Source of the DNA: Candidatus Bathyarchaeia archaeon
Lineage (GTDB): Archaea > Thermoproteota > Bathyarchaeia > Bathyarchaeales > Bathycorpusculaceae
Assembly: GCA_049512935.1 (NCBI GenBank)
Contig: JBEKWR010000004.1
Span: 32,001 to 96,000 of the forward strand
DNA: 64,000 nucleotides
Direction: 5' to 3'
The notes under the pieces are model-generated. The model was given only the letters and a program-made list of their open reading frames with translations. It was not told the origin of the DNA and made no database searches. Both the position numbers and the translations under genes were made by a program. The stretch's first letter is position 1. Every line of letters starts with the position of its first letter. Shown one piece after another: positions 8,578-17,101 of this stretch.

Positions 8578-10281
8578 TTGGTAGCTTGTGCTAAATTAAG
8601 GATAGACCCTCTGATGAAGCGCCCAAGCATCAAGATCCTTCTTTTTGTCGCTCTAGCAGCCCTTGTGCTAAGCATAGTCCTCGCCGCCGTCAGTTTATAT
8701 CCAGGGGGCAGCCAATCATACGCTTCGAAAAGCACCCTCACCTTAAGTCCAAACGAAACGTACACGGAGGGTTTGGGAGCCTTCCGCGGCGGAGAAAACA
8801 TCACCCTGTGGGTGCAGTCGCCGACCGCTTTTCAAAAGAATTTTTCAATTATGGTTCCAATAGTTGAATATGTTTTAACCCTCAGCAACACCACTTACTC
8901 AATCACCACGGACTCAAACATTACATACAGCTTCATCGCAACACCCAACTATTACGAAGCAGTCTTCGTCTCAAACTCACCCGCCCCTGGCATCATCAAC
9001 TTACGCATTTCCGTTCAAGAGCCAAACGTTGCCCTTCCATATTCTCGGCTAAACGACGCCTCAAAAATCCTGTTCTTCGCCAGTTTAGTTTCAGCAATGC
9101 TCTTAACGTTAAAGTCAGCCACTTCTAAAGTTAATTCCAGTAAGCTAAGCATGCCTTCGTTAAGCAAGAAAAACCGCCGAGTCCTACTAATCCTGCTGTT
9201 AATATCACTGGTTGTCTGGCTTACGATCGCAATCTTCAATTCAAACCCGCTTGCAACGTTTGAAAACTGGTACACCGACAATGCAAGAGACTCCTACGTT
9301 TCCAGCCTGTTTCTAAAGAACGGATTTTCAGTTTTCAGCCAACCCTTAGGCAAGCTTTCAAACCTTGACACTTCGCCCTACAAGTACGTGACTTGGCCAG
9401 AAATGCCGCAACTATACCCCTTAGGCAGCATCTTCTTGTTCTTGCCGTTTGGCGTTCTTCTACAAAACGGTTTCAACCCCACCCTAATTTACAAGATTGA
9501 GATAGTCATTTTCCTGCTTTTTGCAACCGTCGGCGTCTATTTTTTCCTAAAGTATTTGATGCAGAAAGACATGCCTCTGATTCTTCGGCTGTTCGGCGTC
9601 TACATTGTTTACGTTTCTTTGGTAGTTTACGCAGCTGACGGCATGTTCGATTCAGTTGCCTTCCTGTTCTCGCTGTTTGCCATATTCATGTTTCTCACTG
9701 AACGTTACGACTACTTCTTCTTGCTCGTTGCCATCTCGGTGTTTTTCAAGTATCAAGCAGGAATTTTCCTTTTCCCGCTCATCCTGGTCGGATTAATTAA
9801 GCTTTTTCAGGAGAACAAACCTCGCAGTTTAGCGACCAACAAAGCTGTGATCGGCGGCTTAATCTTCGGGTTTGCCAGCATCTCCACTGCTCTTCTGAGC
9901 GCACCTTACTTACTGGCTACAAGCTCGCAATTCATCATGAACGGCATCAACGCTTTCGCTACGAACACGGGAATCTCATGGTCGCTCCAGACCTTCTCAA
10001 TCCTGATGACGTTAACCGTAACCCTCGCCTACGCGATTTACATGTTAAACAAGAACAGCCTGCTTTCTTTGTCCGCGTTTTTCTTGCTTCTGCCAAGCTT
10101 CATGTTGCCCTACTTCCAGAACTGGTACATGCCCTTCATTTTCGTCTACGTGTTAATCCCTCAGAGGAAAAAAGAGTTGATCGCCACAACGCTATGGCTG
10201 ACCTTCTTAGTGGTAGTGCTCGCGGTGTCAGGGTCAAATTACCAGCCGATTCCTCTGATTCTCCAGTATCTTCATCTCTAA
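8578..10281 (+). CDS. Multi-pass membrane protein, probable GT-C (GT87-like) glycosyltransferase
   Basis: Many TM segments, WYTD, YPLG, GMFDS, VFFKYQ motifs; next to DPM synthase; start may be ATG at 8613-8616 region. Confidence 0.55.
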   Translation: MVACAKLRIDPLMKRPSIKILLFVALAALVLSIVLAAVSLYPGGSQSYASKSTLTLSPNETYTEGLGAFRGGENITLWVQSPTAFQKNFSIMVPIVEYVLTLSNTTYSITTDSNITYSFIATPNYYEAVFVSNSPAPGIINLRISVQEPNVALPYSRLNDASKILFFASLVSAMLLTLKSATSKVNSSKLSMPSLSKKNRRVLLILLLISLVVWLTIAIFNSNPLATFENWYTDNARDSYVSSLFLKNGFSVFSQPLGKLSNLDTSPYKYVTWPEMPQLYPLGSIFLFLPFGVLLQNGFNPTLIYKIEIVIFLLFATVGVYFFLKYLMQKDMPLILRLFGVYIVYVSLVVYAADGMFDSVAFLFSLFAIFMFLTERYDYFFLLVAISVFFKYQAGIFLFPLILVGLIKLFQENKPRSLATNKAVIGGLIFGFASISTALLSAPYLLATSSQFIMNGINAFATNTGISWSLQTFSILMTLTVTLAYAIYMLNKNSLLSLSAFFLLLPSFMLPYFQNWYMPFIFVYVLIPQRKKELIATTLWLTFLVVVLAVSGSNYQPIPLILQYLHL

Positions 10282-10411
10282 TCTCCGCTTGCTCGACTGC
10301 AGGTTAATCTTCATCTCGAAACCGTGAGCAAACGGCTTTTCGCATCGGTATATTGATAAATTTGTGAAGGCTATTCAGTATGTCAATAGGCAGAAGGGGA
10401 ACTGAGGGGAC

Positions 10412-11635
10412 TTGGAGGCTTCTAGAGACTTCGTTTACCAAAAATTCTGTGACTACTACCGAGACCCCTTAACCGTGATTCCCGCGCCGATCTTTCTTGA
10501 CCAAAGAGAGTTTGGCTACCTCACTTTCAAGGAGCGCTTCATGGTTAGGCACAAAGCCTTCTCGGGAATCGCCAATTTACGGGCAGCTCTTAACAACACC
10601 GTCCCGTCAGACGTTTACCATTCCTGCGCTTACTATGAAAACCCAGATTTCGACATGGACAAAAAAGGCTGGTTAGGCGCAGACTTGGTCTTCGACATCG
10701 ACGCCGACCACATTCCAAGTAGCTGCAACAAAATCCACGACGAATTCACCTGCGCCAAATGCGGCTTCAGCGGCAGAGGCTTAACCCCTGAGGTTTGCCC
10801 CGCTTGCGAAGGAACAAAATTCTCGACCAAAACCTGGCCGTGCGAGCTCTGCATACAAGCAGCCAGAGAAGAGGCTGCCAAACTGATTGATATGCTGAGC
10901 AACGATTTTGGTTTTTCTTTAGATGAGCTGCACGTGTTTTTTTCTGGGCACAGGGGATACCACGTGCACGTTGAGGACGAAGCCGTACGCTCACTGGACG
11001 CCATGGCAAGGAAGGAAATCGTTGACTACGTCACAGGATTAGGCATATCGGTGCTGGATAAGGATGCCAGGGAGAAACGTGGAAGGAAGATCCCTAAAAA
11101 ATTCAACCTGCACAATTTCGGTTGGAACAAGCGGCTAAAACTGGGAATGCAAGATTTTGTCCAAAACGCGTCCAAAGAAGACCTGAAAAGCATCGGCTTG
11201 AAGAACACCGCGGTTGTCAAAAACAGGGCGGATTTCGTGAGTCGTTGCATTAGTGAGGGCCGCTGGGAAAGCGTCAGCGGCATAAGCGTTCAAACATGGC
11301 TGAAACTCGCTGAGCACGTGAGAGACGTGCAGTCGGCAAAAATCGACACGGTCGTAACTACGGATGTGCACCGTTTAATTCGGATGAACGGGACCCTGCA
11401 TGGCAAAACAGGATTAAAAAAAGTCGAGTTCCCCGCCAAGAACCTTATGGATTTTGACCCGTTCACTGGAGCGGTAGCTTTTAAAAAGGGGGAAGTAAAA
11501 GTGTTGGTCTCTGACGCGCCCGAGTTCAAGATGGGCGGGGAAACGCTGGGTCCATACAAGAACGAGGTTAAAGAGTTGCCTTCGGCGGCGGCAATTATGC
11601 TAATATGCAAGGGAAGGGCTAAGGTGGCAAACTAA
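10412..11635 (+). CDS. priS: DNA primase small (catalytic) subunit
   Basis: REFGY, LVFDIDAD, FSGHRGYH, IDTVVTTDVHRLIR. Confidence 0.95.
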   Translation: MEASRDFVYQKFCDYYRDPLTVIPAPIFLDQREFGYLTFKERFMVRHKAFSGIANLRAALNNTVPSDVYHSCAYYENPDFDMDKKGWLGADLVFDIDADHIPSSCNKIHDEFTCAKCGFSGRGLTPEVCPACEGTKFSTKTWPCELCIQAAREEAAKLIDMLSNDFGFSLDELHVFFSGHRGYHVHVEDEAVRSLDAMARKEIVDYVTGLGISVLDKDAREKRGRKIPKKFNLHNFGWNKRLKLGMQDFVQNASKEDLKSIGLKNTAVVKNRADFVSRCISEGRWESVSGISVQTWLKLAEHVRDVQSAKIDTVVTTDVHRLIRMNGTLHGKTGLKKVEFPAKNLMDFDPFTGAVAFKKGEVKVLVSDAPEFKMGGETLGPYKNEVKELPSAAAIMLICKGRAKVAN

Positions 11636-12243
11636 TGTACACTGAACTTTACACGGCATGGCGAAGAGAAGTTGAAGAGGCTCAACTGGGCAGGTTACCG
11701 CCTGACTTCTACACTCGAATAGCGGATTACCTAAAGCGCTTAAGAGAAGAAAATCGTTTGCCCGACAAAAAATCCGTTAAGGTAAGTCTCCTTGACCGTG
11801 AAGCCAATAATGTGACCTTGATGCTTGAGGAACTGCTCTTGGCAAGATACAGAAAACTGCTTGAAACAATCAGCCAGAACCAAACGTTGCCGTCTGAACT
11901 TTTAACGGTTGAAGAAGCCAAAATGTGCGAAAGCTTTCTGTCTTTCGCGGGCGCTTATCAAAAGTTCACAAGAGACCTTCTTCAAGGACAGATTAGCCAG
12001 ACTATACCGCAAACCACACCTCAGACCTCGCAACAAATTCCGCCGCAAACCGCGGTTAAAGTCGAAGCTGAAGCGGATCACAAGCGTGTTGCTTTAAGAT
12101 TCACTAAAAGCATTCCCGCGATCATTGGTGCAGACATGAAGTCTTACGGTCCCTTTAAGGTTGAGGACGTTGCTTCTCTGCCTGCTGAAAACGCGAAGAT
12201 TCTGGTCAAGCAGGGCTTAGCGGTGCAGGTTGCGGTTTCTTAA
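11635..12243 (+). CDS. GINS51 (Gins15) subunit
   Basis: LPPDFY A-domain, C-terminal B-domain IIGADMKSYGPF...LPAENAKILVKQG; directly after priS. Confidence 0.85.
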   Translation: MYTELYTAWRREVEEAQLGRLPPDFYTRIADYLKRLREENRLPDKKSVKVSLLDREANNVTLMLEELLLARYRKLLETISQNQTLPSELLTVEEAKMCESFLSFAGAYQKFTRDLLQGQISQTIPQTTPQTSQQIPPQTAVKVEAEADHKRVALRFTKSIPAIIGADMKSYGPFKVEDVASLPAENAKILVKQGLAVQVAVS

Positions 12244-13279
12244 GAGTGTCATCTTTGGCTGTTTTCCCATTTTTTCTTCTGCGCCACAAGGCTTGAACGG
12301 CAAAGATGATGAGCGGGTAAGACACGATCCACGTTATCGCGTAGAGCGGACCGTAATAGTAATGGAAATTGTCAACTTGGATTGAGTTCACGCCGTACTG
12401 CATGCCAATCTGGAAGATGGTGACTATCCTAAGCACGTTTATGAAGTAGGTGACAACCGCGCCGAAAACGAAGTACCCAGTTTTAGCCTTCCAAGAGATG
12501 TGCATCTGCTGCAGAAACAGCAATACAACCGCCGTGTAAATCAAAAAGCTTTCAATTCCAGCGCAGGGCCAAGCTATCGAAAACTTCGCCGTTCCCAAAG
12601 GTCCAGTCGCCTGCAGGGTCGGCATCCCGTTAACTGTCGTCATAGAAGTCGCATAGCCGAGCCAGTTCAAGGTTTTAGCAGCAAGAGTAGCCGTTGTCGG
12701 AACCAAAATCTGGAACGGCGTAAACTCACCGTTAGGAAACACGTTGTCGATGGTGTATATGATTCCCACTAACCCGACAAACAACCCGGGCAAAGCGAAA
12801 CCTGCGAGACCCTTTTTCCCGAAGAACAAGAGAACGGTGAAGCAGAAAAGAACCGAGAAGACAAGGTACTCGATCGACAGCGGCATGGAGTTGTAGAATG
12901 CAACGCCGTTCTGCAGAGACCAGTTTGCAATGGCGCCGTTTAACCCGAGGTAATACTCGGCTATCACGTACAGCGTGGGAAGCAGCAGGGCAACCGTGAC
13001 GGCGGCAAGCTTCGCCTTGCTTTGTCTGCTTATCTTTGTCTTGAAGATTTCCCAACTGAGAATAAACTCGAGCGTTATCAGCCAGATGAAGAAAAGCTGG
13101 AAGGTTCTGCCCTTCCACATCAGCTGGAATGACGCTTGCGGGCTGACCTGAAGGTACGGGTCGGCGGGGTTCAGCAGATACAGCAAAACCAGCGGGACAG
13201 CGAAGGCAATCAACGGCAGAATCTTAACGATAACATCAAAGTCCACATATCGCTTAATCCCTGAAGCAACACTTGACAT
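12206..13279 (-). CDS. Archaeosortase/exosortase family transpeptidase
   Basis: Polytopic; catalytic-like Cys (IAWPCAGIES), Arg (INVLRI), His (FHYYYG). Confidence 0.85.
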   Translation of the reverse strand: MSSVASGIKRYVDFDVIVKILPLIAFAVPLVLLYLLNPADPYLQVSPQASFQLMWKGRTFQLFFIWLITLEFILSWEIFKTKISRQSKAKLAAVTVALLLPTLYVIAEYYLGLNGAIANWSLQNGVAFYNSMPLSIEYLVFSVLFCFTVLLFFGKKGLAGFALPGLFVGLVGIIYTIDNVFPNGEFTPFQILVPTTATLAAKTLNWLGYATSMTTVNGMPTLQATGPLGTAKFSIAWPCAGIESFLIYTAVVLLFLQQMHISWKAKTGYFVFGAVVTYFINVLRIVTIFQIGMQYGVNSIQVDNFHYYYGPLYAITWIVSYPLIIFAVQALWRRRKNGKTAKDDTLKKPQPAPLSPA

Positions 13280-13400
13280 GAATGTTCAATACCCGTTTAA
13301 CTTGACAAGATAAACTACGCTCTCTAAAAAAGCATACGTAATCTAATAAATAAGATAATTCGAACTTAAAGAGAGCAGAATTCACCATTTTAACAAAACA

Positions 13401-13431
13401 GGTGCTTGGGAAGGGATTCGAACCCCCGCGA
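13401..13431 (-). pseudogene. Degenerate tRNA 3'-half (T arm plus acceptor strand), att-like copy of the tRNA at 14286
   Basis: Minus strand ggggg-ttcgaat-ccctt-cccaagc-acc; no matching 5' half. Confidence 0.65.
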
Positions 13432-13534
13432 ATGCAAGATCGTCCATTGCAATACTTGTCTAGCAGAATTACTCCTTGGGTTTTGAGCAAACTTGATAAG
13501 TGAACTATGCCTTTTCTCATTTGGAGGGGCTATA

Positions 13535-13831
13535 ATGCAGACCGAGAGAGGACTCGACCAAAAAAGCAGGGAACTAAATACGAAACCTTATGAAGAAACC
13601 AAATTCTTGCGTAACAAAAGATTTTTCGATGGAATCAAGACTGAGCTCCTCAAGTCTTCAAGGTACTGCGGCAAGTTCATTGCAGTTTATGACGGCAAAA
13701 TAGTTGGCTATGACGAAAACAGGGTTAAACTTGCCATAAAGGTGTATGACAAGTTAGGGTATGTTCCCGTTTATATCGGTAAGGTGGACAGTGGAAAAGA
13801 AACTGTTGAGTTGCCGTCACCTGAGGCATAA
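13535..13831 (+). CDS. DUF5678-like small protein
   Basis: YCGKFIAVYDGKIVGYDEN...VPVYIGKV, typical partner upstream of clan AA proteases. Confidence 0.7.
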   Translation: MQTERGLDQKSRELNTKPYEETKFLRNKRFFDGIKTELLKSSRYCGKFIAVYDGKIVGYDENRVKLAIKVYDKLGYVPVYIGKVDSGKETVELPSPEA

Positions 13832-13837
13832 AAGGAA

Positions 13838-14213
13838 ATGAAACCTTACGACGCCACCTATGACCCACCTGCAGTAGTCTTGGATATAACAGTCGTAAAT
13901 CCTTTCGTCAAAGGTCAGCCCAGCATTAGCGGCAGAGGAGTTGTTGATTCGGGCGCTTTCAAATCGGTCATTCCCCAAACGCTGGCAAGCCAAATAGGGC
14001 TTCTTCCAATCACAGAGATAACCACCAAAGGCTATAATGGCAGGTGGCAGAAACAGCCTGCTTCGATAGCAACCATTGTTTTAGACGGGCACGTTTTCGA
14101 GTATGCCGAGGTTCTCTTGGTAAAGAGGGATACAGCGTTTAATTGGTCGCGATATCTTAAATCAGCTTAAACTTACGCTTGATGGACCAAAGCTGGAATT
14201 TGAAGTATTCTGA
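13838..14213 (+). pseudogene. Retropepsin-like (clan AA) aspartyl protease with a frameshift near the C-terminus
   Basis: VVDSGAFKSVIP; conserved LIGRDILNQLKLTLDGPKLEFEVF continues in another frame after gcgtttaatt (~14140). Confidence 0.75.
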
Positions 14214-14285
14214 GCGCAAACTTTGCCGTTTCAGTCTTTGCCGCCCGACTTCTAGTTGACGAGTTTGACAATAAATTTTAAGTTT

Positions 14286-14410
14286 TGGCGCCGGGGAAGG
14301 GATTTGAACCTCTTGCGAGCACATGATCTATTGGCTGGCTTGCCTTTTGGCTTTAGCCCTCTTTGCTTTTTGAATTTCAAGTCAGCGCGTTAACCACTCC
14401 GCCCGACGGC
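14286..14410 (-). tRNA. Degenerate intron-containing tRNA-Ser(TGA)-like gene, possibly a pseudogene
   Basis: D arm gcggagtggttaacgc, loop cttgaaa, ~35-nt insert, long variable arm, ggttcaaatccc, ends gcca; mismatches in acceptor, anticodon and T stems. Confidence 0.6.
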
Positions 14411-14535
14411 GTTTCGTAAGATCAATGCATCAACAGCAAATTTCTAACTCAAAGCAGCCCTCATCCGAAAAATCGCAGCCGCGCTTCTAAAATCCGAAAT
14501 TCACGCAAAACCTAAACAGCCTTGAAACCTAACCC

Positions 14536-14716
14536 GCCCATAACCGACAATAACGTCAACATACGCTCAACATGGAAAGTCGCATTCCGCCCATCCGAAA
14601 GTCGCAATGTTCTTACAGAAGCCAAGCCTAAACCCAAAAAGCAACATGAAAAGCAACCTGCCACCCGCGAAAGTCGCAACTTTCACCAAGGCAAAAGTCG
14701 CAACTTAAAAAAATAT
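14536..14716 (+). repeat. Interspersed ~180-bp element, copy 1 (four AAAGTCGCA motifs)
   Basis: Motifs at 14576, 14598, 14670, 14694; homologous to the reverse complement of 27749-27927. Confidence 0.85.
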
Positions 14717-14824
14717 AGAACACCGCAAAAAGCCATTTTTCGAAAAAAACCATGATTTTCAGCCAGTAGGCGAAAAAGTATAAGAATGCGTATGTTCCTT
14801 CTATGCAAAGCTGGTAGTGAAAAA

Positions 14825-15100
14825 GTGAACGTTCCTAAAGAAGTAAAGACTTACTGCCCAAAATGCAAAACTCATCAAATTCACAGCGTAACGCTTTACA
14901 AACCTGGAAAACGTAGAGCACTGGCTCACGGAGAACGAGCCCACGCAAGAGAAAAAGAGGGATACGGCGGACAAAAATATGCGTTGCAACGAGAATTCGC
15001 GAAAACAACCAAGAAGCAAACCCTGCGCCTCAAATGCAAGGTCTGCAATTACATGAGGCACAAAGACGGCATCCGCCTAAGAAAATTAAACATACAGTAG
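14825..15100 (+). CDS. rpl44e: 50S ribosomal protein L44e
   Basis: TYCPKCKTH, GYGGQK, KTTKK, LKCKVC; GTG start. Confidence 0.95.
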   Translation: MNVPKEVKTYCPKCKTHQIHSVTLYKPGKRRALAHGERAHAREKEGYGGQKYALQREFAKTTKKQTLRLKCKVCNYMRHKDGIRLRKLNIQ

Positions 15101-15118
15101 TTGTGGAGAGAAAAAGTC

Positions 15119-15316
15119 ATGTCTGAATGGAGTAAACTTATCCCGAAGCCAAAAAGCGTCTTCCTAAGAGTCAAATGCTCAAAGTGCGGCAACGAGCAAT
15201 TAATCTTCAGCAACGCCGTCAACAAGATAACGTGCAACGTGTGCGGAGAAGTGCTCGCGGAACCGTCGGGCGGAAGAGCCAAGATAAACGGGGAAGTACA
15301 AGCAGTTCTCGAGTAG
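15119..15316 (+). CDS. rps27e: 30S ribosomal protein S27e
   Basis: FLRVKCSKCGNEQ, CNVCGEVLAEPSGGRA. Confidence 0.95.
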   Translation: MSEWSKLIPKPKSVFLRVKCSKCGNEQLIFSNAVNKITCNVCGEVLAEPSGGRAKINGEVQAVLE

Positions 15317-15330
15317 GGATGACTAAATGA

Positions 15331-16116
15331 ATGGCTGAGCGTAAGCTCGAATGGCCTGAAGCCGGCGACTTGGTCATCGCCACCGTCGAAACCGTGACGG
15401 ACTACGGCGCTTACGCTAAACTTGACGAGTACGACAAACGCGGGTTGTTGCACGTCTCAGAAATCTCATCCTCTTGGATAAGAAACATCCGCGACTTCGT
15501 GCGTGAAGGACAAAAAGCCGTTCTTAAAGTTTTACGGGTAGACCTCGAAAAAGGACACATCGACTTATCGCTTAGGCGGGTCACCAAAAGGGAAAGAATC
15601 GAGAAGGTTCTTTCATGGAAAAAGGAAAGAAAAGCCGAAGCCCTGCTTCGCGGCGTCGCAGAAAAAACAGGGTTAACCGCCGAAGAAACCTACAAGAAAG
15701 CGGGCAGAATCGTCGAGGACAAGTACGGCTTGTACGAAGGCTTCGAGAAAGCAGCGATTGAAGGTCCAGACGCCTTAACTGAAATCGGCGTGGAGGAGAA
15801 CCTCGCCAAAGCCTTCGTTGAGGTCGCTCAGGAACGCATCCACGTTAAGATGGTTAAGGTCCGAGGAGTGCTTGAAATCCGCTGCACGAAACCCAACGGC
15901 GTAAAAATAATCAAAGAATCATTCGACAAGGCAAAGTCAGAGAAGCTTAAGGATGCAGCCGTGACGTTCTACGTTATGGCAGCGCCCAAGTATAGCGTCG
16001 AGGCAGCGGCGGAAAACTACAAGCGGGCTGAAGACGTCCTTCAGAAGGTAGCTCAAAACGTAGTGACAAACATCACAAAAGCCGGCGGAAAAGGCTCTTT
16101 CAGAAGGGAAAAATGA
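15331..16116 (+). CDS. eif2a: Translation initiation factor aIF2 alpha
   Basis: S1 domain, LHVSEISSSWIRNI, IDLSLRRV, APKY. Confidence 0.95.
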   Translation: MAERKLEWPEAGDLVIATVETVTDYGAYAKLDEYDKRGLLHVSEISSSWIRNIRDFVREGQKAVLKVLRVDLEKGHIDLSLRRVTKRERIEKVLSWKKERKAEALLRGVAEKTGLTAEETYKKAGRIVEDKYGLYEGFEKAAIEGPDALTEIGVEENLAKAFVEVAQERIHVKMVKVRGVLEIRCTKPNGVKIIKESFDKAKSEKLKDAAVTFYVMAAPKYSVEAAAENYKRAEDVLQKVAQNVVTNITKAGGKGSFRREK

Positions 16117-16299
16117 TTGGTTTGGCAACTGCGTAAATGCGTAAACTGCAACAAGTACACCCTGAAAAAGGACAACTGCCCCTACTGCGGCGGCCCAGTC
16201 AGGATTCCGCACCCGCCAAAATTCTCCCCAGACGACAAGTATCTTAAGTACCGTATGGCAATGAAAAGGAGTAGCGAAAATGAAAGAAACTTACCTTAA
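16117..16299 (+). CDS. nop10: H/ACA RNP protein Nop10
   Basis: CVNCNKYTLK, CPYCG, PHPPKFSPDDKY. Confidence 0.93.
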   Translation: MVWQLRKCVNCNKYTLKKDNCPYCGGPVRIPHPPKFSPDDKYLKYRMAMKRSSENERNLP

Positions 16300-17050
16300 A
16301 GAGTTCGCTGAAATCCAGCCGAACAACCCGATTCTGATAGAGGGTCTTCCAGGCTTAGGGCTTGTGGGCAAAATCGCCCTCCGCTACCTGGTGAAGCAGT
16401 TGAAACCCAAGAAGGTAGCGTACCTCTACTCGCCTCACTTTCCATACTTTGTCTTGGTCAACAAGAAGGGAAACGTCCGCTTACTCAGAGGCGTGTTCTA
16501 CTACTACAAGAACCCAAACGGAAACGACTTGATCCTGTTCACCGGCGACAGCCAATCGCAGACAATCGAGGGACAGTACGAAATCGCCGATCAAATCCTC
16601 GCGTTCTCGGAGAGGCACAACGTGAAAACAATCGCAACCATAGGCGGCTACCGAATGGAGCCTAAAGAGAAACCCAAAGTCTTCATCGCGGCGACTTCGC
16701 AGGAACTCCTAAACAAGGCATTGCAGGCAGGCGCCACACTTAGCAACTCGGGAAGCCCCATCGTCGGAACGGCTGGACTCATACTTGGCTTGGCAAAATT
16801 CAAGAAAATAGAGGCTCTCTGCCTGCTCGGCGAAACCCGCGGTTACCTTCCTGACCCTCTCTCGGCGAAAAGCGTGCTGGAAGTCTTAAAATCAACTTTC
16901 AACTTCGACCTCGACTTAACCGGGTTAAACGAGGAAATCGCCCGTGCGGAAACAATGGTGACTCGGCTTCAGCAGATTGAAGAAAAACGCGCGTTGGAAG
17001 CTGAACAGACCCGCAAAGAAGAAGACAAAAAAACCACCTACATATCCTGA
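16280..17050 (+). CDS. PAC2 family proteasome assembly chaperone-like protein
   Basis: IEGLPGLGLVGK, CLLGETRGYLPDP; conserved position after nop10. Confidence 0.88.
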   Translation: MKETYLKEFAEIQPNNPILIEGLPGLGLVGKIALRYLVKQLKPKKVAYLYSPHFPYFVLVNKKGNVRLLRGVFYYYKNPNGNDLILFTGDSQSQTIEGQYEIADQILAFSERHNVKTIATIGGYRMEPKEKPKVFIAATSQELLNKALQAGATLSNSGSPIVGTAGLILGLAKFKKIEALCLLGETRGYLPDPLSAKSVLEVLKSTFNFDLDLTGLNEEIARAETMVTRLQQIEEKRALEAEQTRKEEDKKTTYIS

Positions 17051-17101
17051 CCGAAGCTTTCTTTTGCCACCACTGGCTTAATCGACAATGCACGGCTCTG
17101 C

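Noticed and set aside
14522-14755. Short ORFs over the AAAGTCGCA elements (also 27787-28045)
   Set aside because: They overlap a repeat whose conserved parts are DNA motifs; no protein family signal
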